From the NCBI GenBank assembly GCA_965660855.1, contig CBFIBM010000009.1, positions 1 through 64,000 on the forward strand: a stretch of 64,000 bases of DNA, given 5' to 3'. Below, one piece after another: positions 10,460-18,375 of this stretch. The notes below the pieces were generated by a model. It saw only the letters and a list, made by a program, of their open reading frames with translations, did not search any database and had not been told where the DNA came from. The DNA is from an uncultured bacterium. GTDB taxonomy: Bacteria > Fidelibacterota > Marinisomatia > Marinisomatales > UBA1611. Made by a program: the position numbers and the translations under genes. Numbering within the stretch: position 1 is the stretch's first letter; every line of letters begins with the position of its first letter.

Positions 10460-12325
10460 TTATTTTGATTTTAAGCTTTCTTCTTCTTCGATAAGTATCA
10501 AATATTCTTGTTCAAGATTACTGATTTTTTCCATTGTATCTTGTAATTTTTTAAAATCTTTACCATTTCTAGGGTCTTGAAGAATATTTTTAAAAATTTC
10601 TATTTCATTATCAATTTTTCCATATCTCTTAGATATCCAATTTAATCTATTTTTAAGCTTTTTCTGATTTTGATAGCTTATTTTAACTTTACTTTTTATA
10701 TAATTTTTTCCTAAGCCATCTTTTTCTATATGTTCTTTACTTTTCCACTCATAATAATCATAATTACCTTCATAAATTTTGACAGTTCCACTTCCAACTT
10801 CGTATATAATATTTGTAATTTGATTTAAAAAATGTCTATCATGGGAAATGCATATTATTGATCCTTTATAATTTATCATTGCATTTTCAAGTACATTCCT
10901 AGAGATCATATCTAAATGATTAGTAGGTTCATCTAATAATAACAAATGAGATGGCTCAACAAGCATTCTCGCCATAGCAAGCCTGGCTTTTTCTCCACCC
11001 GACAAGACTTTAACTCGCTTTTCAATATCTTCACCCGTAAAAAGAAAACTTCCTAAATATTTCCGAATTATTGTTTCACTCCAGTCTGAGCCCGTTTTTT
11101 CAATAGTTTGCAAAACTGTATCATTGATATCTAAAACTTCTAGTTGATGTTGAGCATAATAAGACCTGATAACATTACTTCCTAGTCTTACAGCTCCTGA
11201 CGTAACTTTTTCAATATCAGCTAATATTTTTAATAAGGTTGATTTTCCAGCTCCATTTTTACCAACAAGTCCTATTTTTTGCCCTCTCTCAACTGTCATA
11301 TTTAAGTTAGAAAAGACTTCTAAAGAACCAAAGGATTTATTGACATTTCTGCATGATATAACACTCAATGGTGATCTAGATATTTCAGGTAGGGTAAGTT
11401 TAATTTGCTTTTTAATATCTGTTGGCGCTTCAATAATTTCCATTTTATCGAGCATTTTTATTCTGCTTTGAACCTGAGTTGACTTAGTGTTTTTATACCT
11501 GAACCTGTCAATAAACTTTTCTGTATCTTTTATCTGCTTTTGTTGATTTCGATATGCATTTTTTTGCTGTTCATATCTTAATGTTTTGGCAGCAATATAT
11601 TCAGAAAAATTTCCTTTGTATAATACAACTTTTTTTAAATCTATTTCTATCGTATGGTTTATAGAGCGATCTAAAAACTCTCGATCATGACTTATCATAA
11701 TAAGCCCACCTTTCCAATCTGATAAAAAAGATTCTAACCAGATTGTTGCCTCAAGATCTAAATGATTAGTAGGCTCATCTAAAAACAAAACATCTGGTTC
11801 TTTTAGTAAAATAGATGCGAGAGCAACCCTCATTCTCCATCCGCCAGAAAAATCATCCATTGGTGAATAGAACTGCTCTTCTGCAAAGCCTAAACCTCCA
11901 AGTATTTTTTTTGCTTTTTTCTCAAGCATCCATCCACCCAAAGCTTCAAATCTGCTATGATAGTCACCTAATTTATTCATAAGGTCTATATTTTCTGTAT
12001 TTTCTGAAAGCTTTTCTCCTATAGTTTTTATCTTGGCCTCTAATTCAAGAACTTCAGGATAGGATTTTAAAACTTGTTTTATAATAGATTCCTCATTACC
12101 TGAAACTATGTCTTGAGCTAAATGCCCAATAGTAATTGCTTTATCTTTTATAATGTTACCAGAATCTGGGGTCTCTTCACCGAGCATAATCTTAAGTAAC
12201 GTTGTTTTACCTGCACCATTTGGGCCAACTAATCCCGCTCTCATCCCTCTTTTTAAAAGAAGGTTTACATTAGAAAATAGTTTCCCATTTGGATATTCTT
12301 TTGATATGCTTTCTAAACGAATCAC
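10460..12325 (-). CDS. ABC-F family ATPase (YheS/YdiF-like) with C-terminal coiled coil
   Basis: GPNGAGKT and GKNGAGKS, FSGGWRMR, two DEPTNHLD motifs, no TM. Confidence 0.9.
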   Translation of the reverse strand: MIRLESISKEYPNGKLFSNVNLLLKRGMRAGLVGPNGAGKTTLLKIMLGEETPDSGNIIKDKAITIGHLAQDIVSGNEESIIKQVLKSYPEVLELEAKIKTIGEKLSENTENIDLMNKLGDYHSRFEALGGWMLEKKAKKILGGLGFAEEQFYSPMDDFSGGWRMRVALASILLKEPDVLFLDEPTNHLDLEATIWLESFLSDWKGGLIMISHDREFLDRSINHTIEIDLKKVVLYKGNFSEYIAAKTLRYEQQKNAYRNQQKQIKDTEKFIDRFRYKNTKSTQVQSRIKMLDKMEIIEAPTDIKKQIKLTLPEISRSPLSVISCRNVNKSFGSLEVFSNLNMTVERGQKIGLVGKNGAGKSTLLKILADIEKVTSGAVRLGSNVIRSYYAQHQLEVLDINDTVLQTIEKTGSDWSETIIRKYLGSFLFTGEDIEKRVKVLSGGEKARLAMARMLVEPSHLLLLDEPTNHLDMISRNVLENAMINYKGSIICISHDRHFLNQITNIIYEVGSGTVKIYEGNYDYYEWKSKEHIEKDGLGKNYIKSKVKISYQNQKKLKNRLNWISKRYGKIDNEIEIFKNILQDPRNGKDFKKLQDTMEKISNLEQEYLILIEEEESLKSK

Positions 12326-12352
12326 TCTATGAATTCATTTTCAATAAGAAAA

Positions 12353-13651
12353 CTATAGCAAGAGACCTTCAACGTGAGTGCCCGCATTTTGATATAACTT
12401 TACCTCTTTTATAGTATTTATAAATTCTTTAGATCCAGGAACCATAACTTTAATATAATTATCTGAGTACCCTATTAAATTTCCATCTTTATAACTTTCA
12501 AAAAGAACTAATTTTTTAGACTTTAATGAGTTTTCATAGAATGATCTTTTTTTCTTTTCTGAAAGAATTCTAAGCATTTTACTCCTATTAGCTCTTACAT
12601 TTTTTGGTACCGTTTTTCTTATACTTAATGCATCTGTATTTGCTCGCTCAGAATAAGTAAAAACATGCAAATATGAAATATCTAGATTTTTTAAAAACTC
12701 ATATGTTTTTAAAAAATCTTTTTCTTCTTCTCCAGGAAATCCAACAATAACATCCACCCCAATACATGCGTCACGGTCTAATGATTTGATAAAACTTACT
12801 CTTCCTGAATATTTTTCAATAAAATATCTTCGCCTCATTTTTTTTAATATTTTGTTAGATCCTGATTGGAGTGGAATATGAAAATGGGGACTAAATTTAT
12901 TTGAAGAAAAACAGAATTTTATTATATCATCTGTCAAAAGATTTGGCTCTATAGACGAGATCCGAATTCGATCTATTTTTTCTAAGGTATCTAATTCTTT
13001 AATTAAGTCTAAAAAATTCTCAGAAGTACTTTTACCAAAATCACCGATATTTACACCGGTCAGAACTATCTCTCGAATATTAGTATTTGAAATTTTTTCC
13101 GCTATTTCTTTTGTTTTTTTAATCGTGTCATTTCTACTTTTTCCCCTTGCTTGAGGGATAGTACAAAAAGAGCATGTATAATCGCAACCGTCTTGAACCT
13201 TCAAATAAGACCTTGTTCGCTCTCCGTAAGAATAAGATGGAACAAAATCTTTTGTATCACTGATTTGAGATTGAAAAATTTTTGTTCTTCTATTATGAAT
13301 ATTAATTTTATCCAAGTGTTCTATTAAGTTAAACTTTTCTTCTGCACCTAAAACTAAATCTACTCCATCAATTAAAGCGATTTCTTCTGGCTTTAATTGA
13401 GCATAGCAGCCAATAATTATAACTACTGAATCAGGGTTTCTTTTTTTTGCTTTTCTGATAAGCTTTTTTGCTTCTTTATCTGCATTTTCAGTTACAGAAC
13501 ACGTATTTATAACATAAAAATCTGCAGGCTCTTGGTAATCCACTTTTTCAAAACCTGAGCTAATTAAATCTCTAGAAATTGAAGAAGTTTCAGAAAAATT
13601 CAACTTACAGCCAAGCGTATGAAACGCAACTGTTTTTGAAGGAGTACTCAT
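12353..13651 (-). CDS. mtaB: tRNA t6A37 methylthiotransferase MtaB (radical SAM)
   Basis: UPF0004 start HTLGCKLNFSET, CxxxCxxC in GCDYTCSFC, LHVFTYSER. Confidence 0.92.
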   Translation of the reverse strand: MSTPSKTVAFHTLGCKLNFSETSSISRDLISSGFEKVDYQEPADFYVINTCSVTENADKEAKKLIRKAKKRNPDSVVIIIGCYAQLKPEEIALIDGVDLVLGAEEKFNLIEHLDKINIHNRRTKIFQSQISDTKDFVPSYSYGERTRSYLKVQDGCDYTCSFCTIPQARGKSRNDTIKKTKEIAEKISNTNIREIVLTGVNIGDFGKSTSENFLDLIKELDTLEKIDRIRISSIEPNLLTDDIIKFCFSSNKFSPHFHIPLQSGSNKILKKMRRRYFIEKYSGRVSFIKSLDRDACIGVDVIVGFPGEEEKDFLKTYEFLKNLDISYLHVFTYSERANTDALSIRKTVPKNVRANRSKMLRILSEKKKRSFYENSLKSKKLVLFESYKDGNLIGYSDNYIKVMVPGSKEFINTIKEVKLYQNAGTHVEGLLL

Positions 13652-13839
13652 TTTAAATAAAATAAATCATTACTTGATGAAATTAGCTGCCAAAAGTACA
13701 TCCAAATTTTGTTTTCTTCTAATAAACATGTTTTTGGTTTTTTTATTAAAAAATAGGTTTAACAGATTACTTTTTAAACATAAATTATATAATCATAAAT
13801 ATTTAATTACTTTTAAAAATAAAATTCAGGAAAATTAAT

Positions 13840-14511
13840 ATGGAAAATTCTTCTTTTATTGAAAAAATAGATTCCGAAATAAAAAAACACCACCTCCTAA
13901 ATCATTCTTTTTATAAGGCCTGGAATGAAGGCGCATTAGAAAAAGAGACGATTAAAGAATATGCTGCACAATATTTTCAACATGTATCTTTATTTCCAAG
14001 GTATCTTTCAGCCATTCACTCAAATTGTGACGATATTAATGTTAGGCAATTGCTATTAGAAAATTTAATTGATGAAGATAAAGGGAAAGAGAATCATCCT
14101 GAGTTATGGATGCGCTTTGCCGAAGGGATGGGAAATTCTCGTGAAGAAGTTAAAACTAAAGTTGCGATGAATGAGACAAAAGAGCTAGTTGAAACTTTTA
14201 TGAAACTTTCTAGGTCTGAAAAATATCACATTGGTCTTGCGGCTTTATATTGTTATGAATCTATGCAACCTGAGATATCAGAAAGTAAAAAAGAAGGACT
14301 CAAAGAATTCTATGGTGTTAATGACGAGAACACTCTGAAGTTTTTTACAGTACACATGCATGCTGATAAATGGCATAGAGCTGTAGTTAGAAAGATGCTC
14401 ATTGAACTCAGTGAAACCAAAGAACAAAGAACCGAAATACTTGAAGCTGTTAAATCTTCTTTGGGAGTCCTAAATAACTTTTTAACAGGTATGGAAAAGG
14501 CATATTCTTAG
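13840..14511 (+). CDS. CADD-family heme-oxygenase-like dimetal oxidase (putative p-aminobenzoate synthase)
   Basis: HSFYKAW, NLIDEDKGKENHPELW, LYCYESMQPEISESKKEGL and FFTVHMHADKWH match the Chlamydia CADD motif pattern. Confidence 0.85.
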   Translation: MENSSFIEKIDSEIKKHHLLNHSFYKAWNEGALEKETIKEYAAQYFQHVSLFPRYLSAIHSNCDDINVRQLLLENLIDEDKGKENHPELWMRFAEGMGNSREEVKTKVAMNETKELVETFMKLSRSEKYHIGLAALYCYESMQPEISESKKEGLKEFYGVNDENTLKFFTVHMHADKWHRAVVRKMLIELSETKEQRTEILEAVKSSLGVLNNFLTGMEKAYS

Positions 14512-14541
14512 ATTATAGTTCAATAAGACTTTTCGTTTATT

Positions 14542-14570
14542 AAGGCTCTTTTATAAAAAGGGCCTTTTTA
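14542..14570. terminator. Intrinsic terminator between convergent genes
   Basis: AAGGCTCTTTT-ATA-AAAAGGGCCTT stem (one G-U pair) followed by a T-run. Confidence 0.7.
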
Positions 14571-14572
14571 AT

Positions 14573-14764
14573 TTATGATCTTCTGTCTGAGGACGAACGT
14601 CGAATAGATTTTCTTTGATAGCCTCCTCTCTGATCAACTATACTTCTACGTTCAGTTTCAACTATAACATTTTCTTTACGCCTATGTTCTACTCTTCTAT
14701 GAGAACCACGACGATCATCACTATTTTGTTGTCTTCTGGTGGAACCTCTTTCTACTTCTGTCAT
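14573..14764 (-). CDS. Small (63 aa) Arg-repeat protein with tandem RxxxR / (D/E)RR motifs
   Basis: ATG at 14764 with an AAGGAA SD 6 nt upstream. Sequence MTEVERGSTRRQQNSDDRRGSHRRVEHRRKENVIVETERRSIVDQRGGYQRKSIRRSSSDRRS. Confidence 0.7.
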   Translation of the reverse strand: MTEVERGSTRRQQNSDDRRGSHRRVEHRRKENVIVETERRSIVDQRGGYQRKSIRRSSSDRRS

Positions 14765-14780
14765 TTTATATTCCTTTAAA

Positions 14781-14821
14781 TTGGTGGTAACCCGACGCAG
14801 TTTTGCGGAAGTTACCACCAA
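14781..14821 (-). promoter_or_regulatory. GC-rich intergenic stem-loop immediately upstream of the small gene's SD
   Basis: Perfect 11-bp arms TTGGTGGTAAC / GTTACCACCAA with an inner CGCA/TGCG stem. Confidence 0.6.
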
Positions 14822-14837
14822 GATATATTGATCACGC

Positions 14838-15269
14838 TTAGAATGTAGGATCTACAAAAAGTGTAGAATCAGTCTTAACAAGTTTTACCTTGTCAGTCAT
14901 ATCTAATGCACTTACTGCTGTTTCTATCATTGCCATTTCATTATCATGAATAAAATCATCTGCTCTAGCGATATATGCAAGATTTTTCACTACTTTATAT
15001 CTATCTTCGTCACTAGTGAATAAATCTTTTAGTGCGGCTAAAGAATTGCTGTATTGCCCAGTTCTCGCTGCTTCATCACCAAGATCGATGAATTTATCTA
15101 TTACTTCTGCTTCAATTTGGTTGTAAGCATCGTCTGATAAATCCGGCAACATCACTTTGACATTGCCACGCATGGCTTCTTTTTCTGATTCATCTACTTC
15201 TCCATCTGCTAAAAATGACACACAGACAAAAGCATATACTAAATCGTGATGTTGACTCCAGTTTGCCAT
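14838..15269 (-). CDS. TerB-family protein
   Basis: Duplicated TerB motifs ADGEVDESEKEAM and IARADDFIHDNEMAMI; AAGGGGA SD upstream. Confidence 0.85.
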   Translation of the reverse strand: MANWSQHHDLVYAFVCVSFLADGEVDESEKEAMRGNVKVMLPDLSDDAYNQIEAEVIDKFIDLGDEAARTGQYSNSLAALKDLFTSDEDRYKVVKNLAYIARADDFIHDNEMAMIETAVSALDMTDKVKLVKTDSTLFVDPTF

Positions 15270-15555
15270 AAAATCCCCTTATATTGTTTGGTTTGGGTAA
15301 TGGTTATTATTTTAATTACTAGCTGTCGAACGCAAACGCATCTTTTTAAACGGCTAGACAACTTTAAAAATTATAATAGGTAAATGGTAAGGTCAAGATA
15401 TCTAGAAAATATACTTGTCTTTTTTTTTAGATGGATTATTGTTTCAATTGCCTACATATCGTAGCTTTTATTTTCATATTTTACAGATGTTTTAATCTAA
15501 AGGTCTATTTAAAATAAAACTGTAAGGTAAGTATCTTAAAAATGGTAAAATAATA

Positions 15556-17805
15556 ATGGAAACCTTTTACGCTTCACTTGTAAAGCTTAATCGCTTTCAA
15601 TTTAAATATCGAACTATTATCTCATTTGTAATTGTTTTGATAGGAATTATTTATTCTGATTTATTTTTTCATCAAAATTTTCAATTAATCGCAAACTACC
15701 TAGATACAACTTTTGGTATCTCAATGGTTGATCATGAAAATGTTCCTCTTGATTGGGCTCCAGAAATATGGGGTGGTGTTTTGGCAATGGTCCTCGGGAC
15801 TTTAATAATTGTTATTGCTATTGCTGCAGAATCATCACCAAAGCTAATGGACCTCTTTGTTAAGGATTGGTTAAGTTTACTTTATGTCTGGTTTTTAATA
15901 ATTGCATCTCTTCATGCAACATTGATAATGTTTTATATTGAACCTCTTAATCGATATTCAAGTGTAATCCTAAATTCATATGTATACCTCTTAATTGGAT
16001 CCGCATTTACTCTTCCTTATATATTTTATATTCTACTTTACTCGAAGACAAGTAATGTAGTATCAACAATTTCATCTCTTATTCAAGGTTATATTTATGA
16101 AATGGAAAAACCTATGATTAGATCTGCAATGAATGGAAGTAGTGATGTTGTTGAAGAATATCAAAAAGAAATAATGGGTTCACTTGATCAACTTGATGAT
16201 TTACTTGCATTTACAGAGTTTAAAGAAACTCAGACAGATATCGTGCGTGAAATAAGTACAATAATTCAGACATATATTATTAGGAAATCAAATTTTAACA
16301 AATCTTTCTTTCAGCTTACGGGTGCTATAAAATCAAATGCAACTTTCCGGACATATACTGATGCACAATATAATGAGATGGCAGACTCAATGTCTTTTTA
16401 CGAAGTTAAAACCTTTAGACTTTTAGGAAGTTCATATATTAAAATGATCACAAATGACAGGTTTGATATAGCTTCATTAATTCCTGCTGAAATGGTAGAT
16501 ATTGGGAAAACCTGCTTAAAAAAGAATGATGATACTATTCTTGGTCATGTAAATATTAGGTTCAATACACTTTTTAGGTTTGCAATAAAACATGCTTACA
16601 AAAATAATGAGCCAAGAAATTTATACAATTTATCATTCCATTACTCTAACATGATCCAAGAATACATAAAAGCAGATAGAGTGGATATGGCAAAATATTG
16701 CTATGATAAGTTTAAGTTTTATGCAAATGACATTTATAAGAATGCACAGTCTAACCCCGGATTGTATTTTGTTGTTGATACTCTCACTTTTGAACTTAGA
16801 AAATGCCAAGTTCTGATCCATGAAAAAAATTGGGAGACACAAGACCAAATGGACTTACTTAAAATGGTTTTACAATTAGATAAACCTCCAGGCTATTCTA
16901 AAGATGAAGTAGACAAGGGCATTCTTGGCGGGAATAATGGAACTCGAAGGATTCAAATAGGTTTAGCTCTATTTTATATGTCCGTTGAGAAAGTTGATTT
17001 TGCAGCTGAAATTGCTGAAGATTATTTGGATGACTTAGCATACTTTGATGAAAAAACTTTTAAAGCAAATGTAGGGACGCAGTGTTTTCTACTATCCATA
17101 TTCACTCCTCATTTTTGGGAAGATACTGATAGGGGAACGTTAAATATATATTTTGCAGCTGAAAAAGAACAACTGGAGCCATTCAAAGAACTTCTTTTTG
17201 GACTAATGGATAAGAGACTTGAAGCTCTTGAACGAGATGTTAAATTTCTATCACTTGAAGTTGATAAACTGATGCAGAAAAGACAGAGACAAGATGGATA
17301 TTTAAATGATCTAGATAAGGAAAAACTTGAAGAATTACAGCTAAAAATATCTGCTAGGGAAAGGTCAGATGATGAACCAGATATAGCATGGTCATTAAAT
17401 CATGACATTGTGTATTCTTTATTGTGTATTTCATTTTTTGCTGATCAAGAGATTGATGACTCAGAAAAAGATGTGATTTTTAATAGCTACAGTGATTTCA
17501 TCCCTAGTGTTACAAATGAATCATATAATCAAGATTTTGGAATAGCGACAGGAAAATTCATAGAGCTAAAAAATGAAGAAGCTCGACAAAAACAATTTGA
17601 TGACTCTCTATTAAAAATTAAGGAGGATGAAAGTATTACAGAGGATAAACTAAAGGATCTAATTAATGCATTTGTTGATATTGCAAATGCGGACGATTTC
17701 ATTCATGAGAATGAAGTTCTATTGATTAATAATGCTTTAAAAATATGGGATCTAGATTTAAATATATCAAAACCAAAAAATGGTGAAAAGTTAAAAATAC
17801 TATAA
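15556..17805 (+). CDS. Multi-pass membrane protein (DUF2254-like N-terminus) with helical cytoplasmic region and C-terminal TerB domain
   Basis: Four to five hydrophobic helices in the first ~165 aa. C-terminal WSLNHDIVYSLLCISFFADQEIDDSEK...IANADDFIHENE is paralogous to the adjacent TerB gene. Confidence 0.7.
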   Translation: METFYASLVKLNRFQFKYRTIISFVIVLIGIIYSDLFFHQNFQLIANYLDTTFGISMVDHENVPLDWAPEIWGGVLAMVLGTLIIVIAIAAESSPKLMDLFVKDWLSLLYVWFLIIASLHATLIMFYIEPLNRYSSVILNSYVYLLIGSAFTLPYIFYILLYSKTSNVVSTISSLIQGYIYEMEKPMIRSAMNGSSDVVEEYQKEIMGSLDQLDDLLAFTEFKETQTDIVREISTIIQTYIIRKSNFNKSFFQLTGAIKSNATFRTYTDAQYNEMADSMSFYEVKTFRLLGSSYIKMITNDRFDIASLIPAEMVDIGKTCLKKNDDTILGHVNIRFNTLFRFAIKHAYKNNEPRNLYNLSFHYSNMIQEYIKADRVDMAKYCYDKFKFYANDIYKNAQSNPGLYFVVDTLTFELRKCQVLIHEKNWETQDQMDLLKMVLQLDKPPGYSKDEVDKGILGGNNGTRRIQIGLALFYMSVEKVDFAAEIAEDYLDDLAYFDEKTFKANVGTQCFLLSIFTPHFWEDTDRGTLNIYFAAEKEQLEPFKELLFGLMDKRLEALERDVKFLSLEVDKLMQKRQRQDGYLNDLDKEKLEELQLKISARERSDDEPDIAWSLNHDIVYSLLCISFFADQEIDDSEKDVIFNSYSDFIPSVTNESYNQDFGIATGKFIELKNEEARQKQFDDSLLKIKEDESITEDKLKDLINAFVDIANADDFIHENEVLLINNALKIWDLDLNISKPKNGEKLKIL

Positions 17806-17808
17806 ATT

Positions 17809-18372
17809 TTATCTAGAAAGCGCATAAAAAAAAGCTTGAGTAAGATTTGATACATCCCCACTTACTGTAGCAAGATTATTAACAGCAGATTTTGCAACCT
17901 CAAAATAAACATTACCGCCAATACCTGGGTTTTCTTTTACAATTTTCGTAAAGTCTTCTAATTTTAAAATTCCATACTTTAATGGTGTCGTTGAATGAAC
18001 ATGCGCTGTTCTAATTGCATTATCAAGTACTAAAGAAAATTCACCAATTCCAAAAGCTGGAGCTTCAACAACGAACACTGTAGGTTCAGTTTCAGGTTTC
18101 TTTTCTGGCTTAGGATCGGTTGTTTCTAATCTTATAATTGATTTTCGGGAAGTAGTAAATCCACTAGAAGTCTTAACCATCATATCTTTCGATACTTCAA
18201 CTTGACCCTGAAATACTAAAATCATTGTATCACCAGTATCTCCTTCTTTAAAAAGATGGGTTCCAGATTTACATTTTTCTAGAGTTACAACATCAGCTAT
18301 TTTTTTACAATTTTCAATTTTAACTTTGCTAAAGTGGTTAATCTTTTTTATTTGTTCAGGAGTTGGTTTCAT
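17809..18372 (-). CDS. Stand-alone cyclic-nucleotide-binding domain protein
   Basis: LFKEGDTGDTMILVFQGQVEV and phosphate-binding cassette GEFSLVLDNAIRTAHV; no C-terminal HTH. Confidence 0.85.
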   Translation of the reverse strand: MKPTPEQIKKINHFSKVKIENCKKIADVVTLEKCKSGTHLFKEGDTGDTMILVFQGQVEVSKDMMVKTSSGFTTSRKSIIRLETTDPKPEKKPETEPTVFVVEAPAFGIGEFSLVLDNAIRTAHVHSTTPLKYGILKLEDFTKIVKENPGIGGNVYFEVAKSAVNNLATVSGDVSNLTQAFFYALSR

Positions 18373-18375
18373 ATT

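Noticed and set aside
13840..14511. PqqC / PQQ biosynthesis, given the PQQ-type dehydrogenase at 28125
   Set aside because: No pqqA/B/D/E genes are nearby, and the residue pattern (Tyr and Lys positions) fits CADD better.
14765..14821. The 82-aa version of the Arg-repeat ORF starting at 14821
   Set aside because: The extension runs through the hairpin from a TTG with no SD; the ATG at 14764 has an AAGGAA SD.
14781..14835. c-di-GMP-I (GEMM) riboswitch
   Set aside because: There is only a superficial GCAAA/GGGUUACC resemblance. The spacer is too short, and the two-hairpin GNRA/receptor architecture is missing.
14838..17805. Classical tellurite-resistance ter operon
   Set aside because: Only TerB domains are present; there is no TerC, TerD, TerA or TerZ.
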